Assembly (NCBI RefSeq): GCF_003918875.1
Contig: NW_025767379.1
Span: 2,108,001 to 2,172,000 of the forward strand
Reading direction: 5' to 3'
From: Haliotis rubra
Lineage: Eukaryota
DNA length: 64,000 nt
A model generated the notes under the pieces. The model was not told where the DNA came from and did no database searches. It saw only the letters and a list, made by a program, of their open reading frames with translations. Positions within the stretch are counted from its first letter, which is position 1; every line of letters begins with the position of its first letter. Positions 13,201 through 25,005 of the stretch are shown piece by piece. The position numbers and the translations under genes are program-made.

Positions 13201-14553
13201 TGGTTTTATATCTCATTTCTACGGAGTAACGGAACACGTTAGTCCTGTGTTAGCCTGGGGTTTCCTAGGACCCGAGTCGGATCTCAAACACATGTGCAAT
13301 TTTTTCAGGGTAAGATTCACATTTATTTTCTTAGGCTTTGAATACCGTGTCGCATGGTTTTAATTCTGATATGAATTATTAATGCATCTCAAATTCATCC
13401 CGATATTGATCTGATCAGTTCATAAGTGATGTGGTCCTACCTGACACTTTAAGCTGCCGTGGGCGGTAGGCAGTTGCAGATACAGCTTTTTTTAGAAAGG
13501 GAAGGTGCACATTTCAGAAAGTGGGGGGTGCACAGTTCATTTTCACCCGTTTTTACCAGAGTTTCAATGGTCATTTGACAAACTTTCAGGACAAAAGGTG
13601 TGCACCCCTGCACCTCCTCTAGATCCACCTATGGTAGGGTAGCCTAATGGTTAAAACATCCACTCTGAACACCCTGGTTCAATTGTCCACATGGGTACAG
13701 TGTTTGAAGGCCATTTTTTGGGTCCCCCTTCATGACATTGACACATCAGCTGATAAGCAATATTATAGCTATATTAGGGTCGGTGGGGTAGCCTAGTGGT
13801 TAAAACGTTGGCTCGTCATGCCGAAGACCCGGGTTCGATTCCCCACATGGGCACAATGTGTTAAGCCCATTTCTGGTGTCCCCCGTCGTGATATTGCTGG
13901 AATATTGCTAAAAGGGGCGTAAAACTAAACTCAGTCAGTAAAGCTATATTAGTGAATGACTCGACTGATTGATAGTGTGAGATCGTCATCAGGGGACAAT
14001 GGCCAATTTACCCACTTCATCTGTATCAATCACCAGATAGTTTGGTCCAAACTTGATTATTTATGAACCACCTTTTATATAGCTGGAATATTGCTGATTT
14101 GTCAATTATGAGATTGTCTAGTCCAAACTTGTTTATTATGAACTGCCATTGTGTGGCTAAAATGTTGCTGAGTGCAGCAAATAAACAATAGCCTAGTGGT
14201 TACTGCACTGACTTGTCACAATGAAGGCCTTGGTTTGATTCCAAACATTGGTATAATGTGCAACGCCGATTTGTGGAAGTCATATATATATTTCTGAAAG
14301 ACTTAGCCCCTCATTTATATATATCATGCACATGATGTGTCTGGTATGTTGTAAATACTGATCACCTGATGCCAAATACTGGTACTTTCAATTGTGACCA
14401 TTTTCCTTCCAGGAACTTATTCTTGGATTCATCTGTGATATATTCAGTTTCGATAAAGTTCGGTTCACAACTGTGGAAGAGTTGGCAGCTGATATCATGA
14501 AGTTGGCGGTAGAGCGGAGTCAACAGGCAGAGGACCGGTTGTCTGTGTCATAG
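1027..14553 (+). CDS. MIGA: Mitoguardin (MIGA1/2, FAM73 family) outer-mitochondrial lipid-transfer/tether protein, 12 coding exons, 517 aa
   Basis: Exons 1027-1276, 4208-4381, 5043-5134, 6388-6606, 7205-7317, 8316-8388, 8707-8793, 9796-9894, 10416-10550, 11081-11134, 13193-13309, 14413-14553 join in frame (1554 nt) with GT-AG ends. N-terminal hydrophobic anchor followed by RRRRGRR; acidic FFAT-like DESSSDQDSFVSATD; family motifs FYDIVLEFIMMDAFDDLDNPPASV, QNRWLSNGFKETALATAVWSVLKAKRR and SPVLAWGFLGP recognised from knowledge of MIGA proteins. Confidence 0.93.
2237..2458 (+). mobile_element. SINE-like family B (structured non-tRNA head)
   Basis: Degenerate copy of the 40269 consensus; (AAAC)n tail. 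Confidence 0.75.
2597..2973. mobile_element. hAT-type MITE
   Basis: TIRs CAGGGGTT...AACCCCTG, perfect 8-bp TSD TTTATCAG (2589-2596, 2974-2981). Confidence 0.85.
3198..3525. mobile_element. MITE with imperfect ~35-bp TIRs
   Basis: ggcctaaaaaaactgttgtggtttcgattac ... gtaatcggaaccacaacatattttttgtttggcc. Confidence 0.6.
4208..4381 (+). CDS. MIGA: MIGA coding exon 2 (Ser-rich)
   Basis: ttcag|AT...CTCG|gtgagt, phase 1-1. Confidence 0.85.
4443..4612 (+). mobile_element. tRNA-Asp-derived SINE (family A)
   Basis: A box, GGTTCGATTCC B box, (ACTC)n tail. Confidence 0.85.
5043..5134 (+). CDS. MIGA: MIGA coding exon 3
   Basis: GMENLGDAVAFWEDAVMKL...; atag|GT...CCT|gtacgt. Confidence 0.88.
5477..6203 (+). 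mobile_element. SINE with tRNA-like/5S-rRNA chimeric head and Deu/Nin-like body, interrupted by a MITE
   Basis: 5522-5567 gaagttaagaaacgttgggcgcggagagtccttggatgggtgaccg matches the 5S internal promoter region; body gcctctgttcacccagcagaaaatgggta; second copy at 61225-61453 (-). Confidence 0.7.
5656..5997. mobile_element. MITE nested in the 5S-SINE
   Basis: TIR CAGGGATTTACA / TGTAAATCCCTG, target duplication CTTAGG; the empty site is visible in the copy near 61285. Confidence 0.8.
6388..6606 (+). CDS. MIGA: MIGA coding exon 4 (coiled coil, FFAT-like motif)
   Basis: DPDTAALQHRLEHLLDLAYRMQ...SSSDQDSFVSATD; tttacag|...|gtgagc. Confidence 0.9.
7205..7317 (+). CDS. MIGA: MIGA coding exon 5
   Basis: MANLSDLE...LYEAGLLELKYGNVSCRSLR; phase 0-2. 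Confidence 0.9.
8316..8388 (+). CDS. MIGA: MIGA coding exon 6
   Basis: TEMAECLSDTEFLAKLFGLRLAFE; phase 2-0. Confidence 0.9.
8707..8793 (+). CDS. MIGA: MIGA coding exon 7
   Basis: HIFKDGEKREWWRVTGRRLIGDMLVQADK. Confidence 0.9.
9160..9495 (+). mobile_element. L2/CR1-group LINE 3' fragment
   Basis: APQYLCDLF..YTPVRSLRS..LLIIPVTRTKTYGDRS..GPHLWNNLPSHLR..FKSNLKT followed by a short 3' UTR and (TATG)n tail. Confidence 0.8.
9796..9894 (+). CDS. MIGA: MIGA coding exon 8
   Basis: DPEEFYVAYDKMVSFV...WDKIEEELKGRG|gtaagt. Confidence 0.9.
9890..10135 (+). repeat. Degenerate 19-23-bp repeat made of copies of the MIGA exon-8 donor site
   Basis: GAGGGGTRAG-like sequence recurs about 9 times downstream of the true AGAGGG|gtaagt. 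Confidence 0.75.
10416..10550 (+). CDS. MIGA: MIGA coding exon 9
   Basis: VKTMSFYDIVLEFIMMDAFDDLDNPPASVVAVVQNRWLSNGFKET. Confidence 0.93.
10932..11070 (+). repeat. ~34-bp minisatellite x4 just upstream of the MIGA exon-10 acceptor
   Basis: gacttcatgcagtgtttgagtacaatgccc(c)cat. Confidence 0.9.
11081..11134 (+). CDS. MIGA: MIGA coding exon 10
   Basis: ALATAVWSVLKAKRRMLK|gtaagt. Confidence 0.92.
11688..11832 (+). mobile_element. tRNA-Asp-derived SINE (family A)
   Basis: Same consensus as 62909-63072. Confidence 0.8.
12006..13072. mobile_element. Non-autonomous DNA transposon, Kolobok-like
   Basis: ttaa|AGTACTGTTGGAAAT...ATTTCCGACAGTACT|ttag; TIR similarity continues into aaaaactg / aaaacagc. 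Confidence 0.55.
13193..13309 (+). CDS. MIGA: MIGA coding exon 11
   Basis: FSDGFISHFYGVTEHVSPVLAWGFLGPESDLKHMCNFFR. Confidence 0.92.
13778..13941 (+). mobile_element. tRNA-Asp-derived SINE (family A), full length
   Basis: TAGCCTAGTGG A box, GTC anticodon remnant, GGTTCGATTCC B box, TSD AGCTATATTAG. Confidence 0.9.
14413..14553 (+). CDS. MIGA: MIGA coding exon 12 (stop)
   Basis: ELILGFICDIFSFDKVRFTTVEELAADIM...SVS-TAG. Confidence 0.92.
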   Translation, partial: ELILGFICDIFSFDKVRFTTVEELAADIMKLAVERSQQAEDRLSVS

Positions 14554-17500
14554 GCAGGGGGGATAACTCTGCATCTTCACCTAAATTGGCATCACAGCCT
14601 GGGATAACTCCCATATCTGCACCTGGTCATAAACATCACACTGATATGTGATGGTGAATACAGGAGTACATATGTTGTATATCTGCTAGTGTGAGACATA
14701 TATGGATATAACATCATAATACATGAGACCAGAATTAGCAGCATCATTAGCATCAGACCAAGTTGCCATGGTGATTTTAAAGACATGGATAGTTTTTAGT
14801 GCAGTGTTTCAACCCTTGATGGATTCTTTACGTAGTTGATTTGTGTTGCACACCAGCTGACGTGATATGACGGGACTGTGCAGTCATGTGCTACACAAGC
14901 AATGTAACCATGGCAACAGGAAGTTCTTCTGTACACAATGAAGGAACTGTTATATTGTTCAGGAGATGGTTACTAGTATTGATATTGTCATATATCTCAT
15001 TTCATTGGCTGTCATTTGTTATTTGTAAATAGTCCATTATGCATGGTGTTGTTACGAGGATATATATTTATCTTGTTTATCACTGTATGTGGATAGTTAC
15101 AGTGGTAGAGGACTCATTAGTGGAAGCAACGGTTACAGTCAGGGTAGTGTTGAGGTCTTTTGTAACCATGGTAACAGCTAAGGTATCACATTCACGTTAC
15201 TTGATACCTTAGTATAAGCATAATAGCATTTGTTACCATGGTAACAGCAACAATATCAATTGCATGCTAGCTATAACCATGGTAACAGATTTATTGCATT
15301 GATAATAAATCATTGTATCAAGGACGTGTGTACAGTTTAATGGTTAAACTTACATGACTACTGTTGCCATGGTAATGTGCATGATAATCATGTTGTGACA
15401 ATTTCTTCATGTGAATCATTTTCAGCATCAGATCTTCCCATTCTTTATGTCATTCTTTAATATGTATTGAAAACATTCGTAATCACGTAACTCTCAAATG
15501 GAATTTTCAACTGCTTCACATGCAACTGTTTTTGTGTCTGACACAAGCATGTTATGGTGTGTCCGAGCAGTTCAAGGCTTACAGTGTGGCTTTCAGTGTG
15601 CAAGTTGTATTTTAATGATATTTGTCATAATTCTGTTGCAGATATAAGTAGACATTCTCGAGTGGATTTAATAATGCCCTATTTCATTGTGATATAGTTG
15701 CAACTAACATGGCTTGGTTGAGCTGACACTGTGACAGTATTTGACTAATGACTGGACCAAGACTAAGAGGATTTAATGCTAATTCACATTCAGGGCTCCA
15801 GATAAGTTTTCCAATATTGACTGGAAAACCTTAAGTGTGTCTTTAGAGTAGAATGGAATTTAATGGGGTATCAGTTCTTGTGTTTCGCTTCATATATGCA
15901 CCACAACATTGCTACTCTTGTGTAAATAGGTAAAAAACAACAAAACAATATCTTTTCAGATTAATCCAAATAATTCTAAGAAACGTATAACCATTAGAAA
16001 ATCTGCTCAAAATTATCCTACATCATGTATCGTAATAATATCCTGCCAAAATGTATCCCATTGTAATTGAATTCATTTTCATCTCTAAAAACTGTATATG
16101 CCATGCCTGGTTTCAAATGCCTGTGAGGTAGAAACTGTTTATTTGGAATCGTGTGGTACAAACCCTGGAACATTCACCGTTAAGATTTGTGCTCATCCTG
16201 GCTTCATATATCCCAGGTGTGGGAGAAAATGTTTGGGTTGGAGATGAAATGCCCTCTTGCCCTGAGTACTATTTATTGAGGATATCAAACAGTTACGGTT
16301 CATGCTGTAGATATTTGTTGATTCCTATTAGACGTGAGAATGGTATTATGGTCCCAACATGACTAGTCAATGATCCGGTATGCCAAGTGTGTTTTATATT
16401 GTCACGTTATTTCATGCACCTGGACCTGATCTCATTAGATATTGTTAATCCTTTCTCAAATATCTCAATACTTTTTTTATTGTATATTCCCAAAATAATT
16501 TCTATCAGCAAGGCCTAATAAGGTCCCAGTTTTTGTTTTAATTTTATTTTCAAATTTTTATTTTTGTTTCTTATGTTCCAAACTCCCAAGTGTATTTTAA
16601 GATATCATAGATGTAACTGACTGATTGATTGTTTTATTGTTATATTTTAGGTATAGATTAATTGCAGAGAGACATTTTTAGATATTTGATACTTGAGATT
16701 CTGACTTTTCAAAATAGATCACTCAAAAGATGTAAACATTGGTTAAAGAACATCCAATTTTTTAAAATGATACTATGGTTTATCTGTTATATCATGAGAG
16801 ATTTACTATAGTGATCCAACAAAAAATAGATGGTCCCTAACTTTTCAGTAGTATTTATAAATGTATAAGATCTATTTTTACACTGTATTTAGTTGAAAAT
16901 ACCATTTACAATTTTTTAAAATATATAACCCTCTCTCCCCTTAATTGTTGCAAGAGCTGTTACCGGTAAATACAGAGATTAGGGTTTCATTGCTCATATT
17001 TCAGTCACAGGTTTGTCTGGTTCAAACTTGATTTACTCTGATTTAGCCGGTGCTAAACAACATACACTCGCTTGCTCCATAACTTTGAGTTAACAGCTTT
17101 CACTGTGTGTCATGGTTCACTATTTGCAGTTACTGTGTTGTCAGCCAATCAGAAACATGCACTATGTGACTGTGGCGACACATATGATACACGTTGTACC
17201 ATATACCCTTTACTGCTGTGATATGCAAGTGCAATTGATTTGACCAACCCTGCTTCCTGCCTTTCCACTGCTAGCAAGTATATTATCCAATCAGTTGTGT
17301 TCTACATGTGTTTGAAGCTAACTGGCTTGCCAAAGGTATGCAAGAAACAGCCTCGATTATCCAGCGTATAATGTCTACTTCCTGTTATGATAAATACCCC
17401 TAACCCGATCAAATGTCTACTTCCTGTTATGATAAATACCCCCGACCCGATCATATGATAGCTTTGTTGAGGAAGTGACATCACTATTTGATCTCATGAT

Positions 17501-20500
17501 ATACGTATTTCACACATGGACCGTTTAATAAGTAACTTATCTGTTTCTCACACTCATGTGAATAATTTGATTGGATGGCTATTTTTAGCTATGCATATTT
17601 TAAATGGGCTACGGTAGTGGACAGGTCAAGAGTATTTATCTCAATAGTGTGGAGATATTTTTGTGCTGGATTATCACTGATACGAGTGAAGACGTCACCT
17701 GGGTTTATCATTATGTTATTGTGGACAATATGTATGTTGTGAGTCTCTTTCAAAGAGATGTAAAGTGTGTTTCGTGATGGCTTCATGAATATAGTAATAA
17801 TGTTTGTTGATCATTTTGTGTTTCTCAAACATTTGAGGGAGGAAAGACTGAATATAATTTCAAGTTTCACCAAGGCAGGTAATTTTGATTATTGGTTTAT
17901 GTCAGAAGAAAACGGAATGCCCCAGAATGGTGGTTGAGCAAGAGATCTGTTGAAAGGATCATGTGGATCAGACAAAGATGTTTCAAGAGTTATGTTGACT
18001 GACCAACAGATCTGTTATAAGTTTTACCCTATTTGCCTTATTAGGTGCCCTCACCCAAATACACCCTCTAACCTTTCCACCTGTCTTCAAGTAGTCTTTA
18101 TAAACATCTGTTTACTACCTGGCCATTGTTGTTTGGGATGTTTGTGTCTTCAACATGGAATATTTCATAAATAGATTATACGTGAGATTTATGGTAAATT
18201 ACATTTATTTAAAAAGGGCTTGGTAATGTTTATTTGTGAAGCCAACAACTACAGTTATGTTTTCTGTTTTGGTTATGTAAATTGTTTCAGATATGTCAAT
18301 ATTTTGTTCACTTCACCAATGCATAATAATTCTCGCATAAAGGTAAGATTTATGTCAGTCCATGAGTCTCTGAATACTAAAAACCATATGTGTTTAAATT
18401 CCCAAATGGGATTACTTGATAGAACTGGCCCCCTAGGCTATAATAATGTGAGGAGCAAAGTTTGATCAGTTGATCATGCTTGCAGAGTAGGTTGAAAACC
18501 AGTCATCGAGCCGGACAGTTTTGATCAGTGCTCATGAGGTCAGTCACAGGAATGGCTGGTCCAGATTATTTAGTCTAGTGTTATATAGCTGTAATATTGC
18601 CGTGTATGGCTTTAAACAACAAACATCTCCCCTATTAACAAGTAACAAACCACTAGTACAGTGTATGTGGAAAGTGAAAACATTGTGGTCCATCCTAGAG
18701 ATGGTCATCATGGGGACTCCATTCTATGGTTTCCACCAATCACCAACTGAAATGTGACCTTGTTGAGGGCTGGGGGACCAGTAATACTGACTGATTCACT
18801 AAGGGTTAATACATAATCAGGGTTCTTGGGCCACAATGTGTTGTCCAGACTTACAGGTGCTGATTGTCACGATATGGCTGAAATACTGCCGATGTTACTA
18901 AAATCTTAACTCACTCACTACAAGTGCTGCTGTTTATGTAGACGTTCTAAACATAATCAAGAAAGATTGTCTCAGGGACCAACCATTTCAAATTCTGATA
19001 GACACAGGTGGAATCTAAAGGATATTTAATATCTGAATATATGTTACACAAACTACTTCAAAATGATAATTCGACCATTTTACAATGTGGATGTCCTGGA
19101 GAAGCATTAGTTGATGACACAAGACTGTTTCAGATGCAAATTATGTAGAATGTCTGAAACCAGTGACAGAAAACCATTAATGACAACAATCCAAACTACA
19201 TGTGTAGTTAAATTGTCAGTCATTAGTACCATCAGTGTATTTTGTTTTCTAAACCAAAGTTCAGGGTGATGGAGAGTGTTACATTCAGAGTTGAATGGAT
19301 ATTTTCAAGCAGTGCCGGTCTAAGATGGAGGCTACAAGATTTATGATTTTTTAAATGCCAGGAAGTCCCGAGTTGTATTGGTTATGAACCTGTTTTTTTT
19401 TGTACAGTTTCTTTTATGTATTTGATTTTATGCCTGTGTTTTGACTTTGTGTTGTGATGTTTTTAGGCTTTTAGTTTTGTTAGAGTATTTTTGATATGAA
19501 CAAAACCAACTGTTGAGCTATTTTTGGGAGTAGTTGTGTTTCTATAATATTTTAATGTTAGTTCTTGAGGCAGCTGATTTTTATATTAATGCGAAATTAA
19601 TCAGAATACAGAACTGTAGTAATTACTTCATTAATTACATTTGCCCTTAATTGAAGAATGCCTGTTTGGATTAAGACTGGTATCAAGTTTAATCATAAGT
19701 TGCCATAGTAACAATTTATTTTTGACCATGTTTCACATATACAGATCAAACCCTGACCTGAGTATAAGACACTTTGTTTACACGACTTCTGTGAGATCTC
19801 TGTGTGCTTTATGTCCCATACAACATAAAATCAATCAGGTACTTTAGACGAAACTATAAAATGCATTCACTACCGGTTTCCTAGACGCTAAAAGTGTGAA
19901 TAGTATAAAAGAATCAAACTCTGAAAGCACAACTGTTTGCTACTGCCAGGTGCGGTCGTCACCATGTGCTTGAACACCACACACAACAGGTGAAACTACA
20001 AGGACAAGACAAGCTTAACAAACACTGCTTTCTTGGCAACATATTCAGATAAGTTTTCGCAAAGAAGAAAAACATGATCATAAATGTCTGGTATTTTGTT
20101 GACGTGAGTCAAGGATGAAAGATGTCTTAAGGAAGGGGCAAATAAGAATAAAATTTTTTATGACATTCAAAAAATTACTTTGGAGGTATATTTTCCCTCA
20201 TATTTTGTTTAAAGGTGTATGTGAAGGGATGGATTGAACAATCAGTTCATTACACATATTGGTACTCAAGTTCGACTTGTCAAAGATCATCAACATTGTT
20301 GGGTCTTTTAGACTAATGCTTAGTCTCTGAATATATATGTATAATTTTGATTGTAACAAACAAACCCATTTAAATTGAAAAAGAGTCCCAGGGAGACCAG
20401 AGATTCAGACCTGAACTGGGGAAATCTAGCCTAATTTAGGGCTTTAGCATTGCGGGGAGGGCTTGGCTGTAATATGAAAGTAATATGGTTCAGGAACTGT

Positions 20501-23163
20501 GAGACAGATTATTGGGTCTTTCTTTCTGATAATAAACTAAAAAACAATGTACTTTGCCATACTTTGTATGTCATGTAATCAATAAGCAACATATTTGGAG
20601 GTTTGGTTTTTTTTCAGGACAGAGGGTTATCCCAGCTAACCTTCCCCCTCCCACCCTAAGTGTCGCCCTACCTCTTAACCCTTATAGCCCTATATCTCCC
20701 TATTACAATATATCAGACCCAAGGTCTCCAAACATTCATGTTTATATTATAAGGTCGTTTGACTTTATTTATCCATGCTTCTGATGTGAAGTACTATGAC
20801 ATCATCTGCTTGTCAGTGCTCAACTTGGTGTTCATGTACTTGAAGATGTTGGTCTTCACAAGAAGAAATACAAACTCCTAAAATGTTGGATGTTACGAGC
20901 AGAACTGTTCTCCAAGATGTCTGCCGTTACAAGAAGACACAATCTCATGTGATGCTACTAGTATGACTGATCCTAGAATAGTGTGTGTTTTATCAACATT
21001 GTATTATACGTGTCTATGTCTTCAGGTGTGTGAGAATGACAGGGGAAGAAATAGTCAATGTTCTGTTATTCTTACCCCGGTAACCATGGTAACCAGATGC
21101 TGGTAACTGTTACTTGAAACAATGATAAAGTCAGAAAGAAAGATTGTGTTTTTGTTGTTTCTGAAGATGGAAGGATGATCATGAAGATGAAATGTTAATG
21201 TTGCTTTGGCAGACAAATAGATCTCAGTTCAGAGGCAAGGATCCCTTGTGTCGGGCGACTCCATGGATCTGGTTGGTGGTCTTCGTGACTTGGTAGATTG
21301 TCATACTTACACTGGGATCATTGGTCACAGTCACTGGTTTGTCTCATTTAGACTTGATTATTTACAGTTCACTTTCAAATACAGTCAAACCTGTCGAACT
21401 CGTCGGGACCAAGGGAAAAGTTCGACTGATCCAAGTGTTTGACACATCAGTCAGCATAGCCATGACCAAGGACCGACACGACCAAAGTGCAACATCATTT
21501 TTCTACTGTAGGCTATACATACGAACAATACGTCTTGGCAATAAACGTTTACTGCAGTGCAGATCATTAAATTAAAAATATATAAAAATCGAAATTATTT
21601 CAATCACTTTATTCATCATGACAAATAAATATGCCACAAAATGATAAGAATACATTTAATTTAACAAATTCATCAGCGATCCCATTTAGTTGACCGCTCT
21701 ATTACAACAGCATGCACCATTGTTTGTTTAGAGAGTTCCTGTCAAATCTGTGATCAGTGTGTCACTGGTAACAAGTTAACTAAGGTTAACTGTGTCCATA
21801 ATAAATCAATTGGCAAGTGTGATGGCAATGTGTGTATAGATGTGTAGTTAAACATGCCACTTGATTGTTGAATCAGTTAATCCTCAACTTTGATCTTTTC
21901 GTAGCACGTTTTATGAGCATGACTTTTGATTGCGCAAATGAAGTTCTCAGTTGCAAGAACCAACTTGGACAGTTCGAGACAAAAGGGTAAATTTGTACTT
22001 ATTAGGGCTTTTGGGGACCCTAAAATGAGTTCGACAGAACTGGGAATTTGAAATCTGGTTTCAGACATTAGGTTAAAAATAATGATAAATATCAGGTTCG
22101 ATACATTATTATCGATGGATGGAGGCAATGTGAAGGGAAGTAACTAAGTTATTGTGTTGGCACAAGTGGAGCCAAAACAGCAAATACAGAAACTAAAGCA
22201 CTTCACTCCCAATGCGGGAAACATGCTCAGAGTTACTTAAGCTGGTTCCCGGCTCCCTTTGCGCACGCTAACTTGGTTGACAAATGTCATCGTATCCCAG
22301 TTGTGTAGATTGATGCTCATGCTGTTGATCACTGGATTGTCTGACTTGATTATTTACAGACCGCGGACATATAGCTGGAATATTTCTGAGTGAAGCGTAA
22401 AACAACAAACCAAACCAAACATATGGGAAAAATCAAATTTATTGCATTAACTGTTGTCATGGTGACAACATCACAGACAAATTGGTACCATTGGAACATA
22501 TCAAGATTTTCTCCAGAACAACTTGTAGATCAATCTGAAAGTGAACATTGTAAGAACCCTCATATATTGTTCTGAAATGAGTATCACAGTCTATATATGT
22601 GCATGTTTATTACACATTTCGTCCAGAAAACAATACAGAAGGGGTATTTGATTGTCAAGTGAGAATCTATGTGGTTTCATTCCTACCTGAACTACGCTCA
22701 TGATCCAACTTGTCATAATGGCCATCCTTTACCAAGATCCTACGTGCCCAGGGTGCATATTACAGCAATGATGGTGTATGTGAACATTTAACATTAAGGC
22801 CACAATTGTTAAGGCCTCATAGTCTCTGTTTTCACAACATTCGAGTCCTACAATCTCATTACCAGCATTCATTATATTCCTGTGCGTGAAGATCTGAGAA
22901 GTTTGACCACACAGTCTACATGGGTGTATGAAATATTGAGCCAATCAGATGTCAGCTTTCTTAAGCAGTTTGGTTTTGTTTCATTCAGAAGTTTCAATTT
23001 AGACTAAGGAACATCCACACTGGCCATAGGAATAGCCTCGATGGTAGACTGCAGGAGCAGGTGGCATGGCGATCTGATCTGATAGCATAAAATATCCACA
23101 CCACCAAAACAGACAGGCATATATTATTACACAATGCCATTTTAGAAAGTGGTCAAATGAAAC

Positions 23164-23369
23164 ATATGTTATATTTGGGATTACACTTTCTTAGTAAAGC
23201 ACAGATCCTAGTACTTTTGTTGTGTGGATTCCCATCCTGGATTCGAACCCACACCCTCCGAGTCAGGCACCAAATCGCCAGCAGACAAAGTCAGACGCCT
23301 AGACCGCTGAGCCACCACAACTTCCAATCTGTACTTTACTAAGAAAGTGTAATCCCAAATATAACATAT
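23164..23369 (-). mobile_element. tRNA-derived segment bracketed by 43-bp inverted repeats
   Basis: IRs 23164-23206 and 23327-23369 (1 mismatch); inside on the - strand TGGCTCAGCGGTCTAGGCG (A box) and GGTTCGAATCC (B box). Confidence 0.6.
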
Positions 23370-24835
23370 CAGGCATATATTGTTTTCATTCAGAATCATC
23401 TAGTTGAGTTATTGTTTGAGATTCAGAAATCAGATCAGAATGGTGCGCTCATTTAAAGAGACTTCAGAAGCTTTGATGCTGGTTGGCTGATTAGAGAGTT
23501 TACCAGAAATGACCTGTGATGAGTCCTCAAATCTTCACAATGACAGGAGCATACCGGTGTAAAAGATCTCTGTACTAACTCCTTAACAACAAGACCACAA
23601 CATTGTAAAGATCAAAGTAAGTAAAGTAGAAAACTTCTAAATGTCCAAATATACAATAATACAATGTATATATATAATAATATATGTATACATTTCATAA
23701 ATATAAATACTGATGGAAAAACTATGAAGAAGAACAAGTGCACCTTGCAATGTATATTTGTTAGCTAGGACAATAACCATCATTCTCATAGCAGTCAATT
23801 CACCTGATACTGCTATATCACTGCCTGAGAGTGTGAAGCCCATTTCTGGTGTCCCCTGCCGAGATATTGCTGGAATATTGCTAAAAACAAAACTCATTCA
23901 CTGTACTATGACCATACCATACACAGAAGTACTTTTTTTTGCATCAGTATATGTAATACAAATTATTAAGTAAGGCCAGACCAATTTTATTTCTTGTTTT
24001 ACGGATCCGCCGGTCATATTTTTTCAAGAATAAGAAAAATTAAAAAAATAATTTTCCCCGCTCAAAAAATAAAATCCTTATGTTTTTATTGGCCAAAAAT
24101 GTAAATTTCTCATACTTCTGTCATGATAAAACAGGCTTCTCGAGAGGTAATATGTCGGTTAATGTACACATGAGCAGAAATGTGAGTAGTACATAATCAC
24201 AGGCTGTACATGTGTGGACAGGTTTCATAAATATAATGTAAATGCAAATGTATAAGAATATTGGCATATATTATGAGCAGGGCATAATGTAAACAACCAA
24301 CAATAAAACTATCAAAGTACATGTATATAACAATGATAAAAGTTTCAAAATCTTGAAGCAATTGGTACAAATAATATCTGCAGACTGATATGGTGACAAA
24401 AGTCATCCAGGCCACAGGGCCTTGTAGTGCTAAAAACTGCCATCAAGGTATATACTGTCACTAACAGGGTTTTCATACCTTGGTGTGGCTTCAAACTAAA
24501 CTCACTCACTCACTCACTCACTTTATACCTTGATGTCAGTTTTTAGCACTACAAGCCCTGTGGTCCAGTCAATATTTCACTCTTGTAATCTGTTTCACAT
24601 ACAAATTTTACAGTTATTGACATCCACTGACCATGCTGATCTAGCATATATTGTCATTCAATACACTAAATGTCTACGCATTGTTGACATTCAATCCACA
24701 CATTAATCTAACCAATCAACATTGTTCTGGCCTCTGCTGAGTTCTAATCCTTGAAATGACGCAGCTTATTATCGATGCACCTGGGGAGCAAGGTCATGGT
24801 CACGCCATTGCTAGTCATCACAGGTGACGTCATAT

Positions 24836-25005
24836 CTATTCGTCATCATCAAAACTAGGGAGTGACGGCATGGACCAAGACCTCGTACCTCCCCCGCCCC
24901 CCTTACACTTACCATACCTGCACATGATGATGATACCTACGAGGACAAGGACTATAATGACACCTAAAACAATCAACGCGATGTTTCCTGCGGTCAGACC
25001 TGAAC
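24836..25005 (-). CDS. Gene 2 exon 6: TM helix and cytoplasmic tail
   Basis: tttcag|GT TCA...; IALIVLGVIIVLVLVGIIIMCRYGKCKGGGGGTRSWSMPSLPSFDDDE-TAG. Confidence 0.85.

Noticed and set aside
13778-13860. tRNA-Asp gene
   Set aside because: Acceptor stem is not intact, and it continues into a SINE body and tail with a TSD; many dispersed copies.
14554-21600. Additional genes after the MIGA stop
   Set aside because: Only short ORFs with no coherent exon chain; the sequence looks like long 3' UTR and decayed repeats, and the polyA site cannot be fixed.
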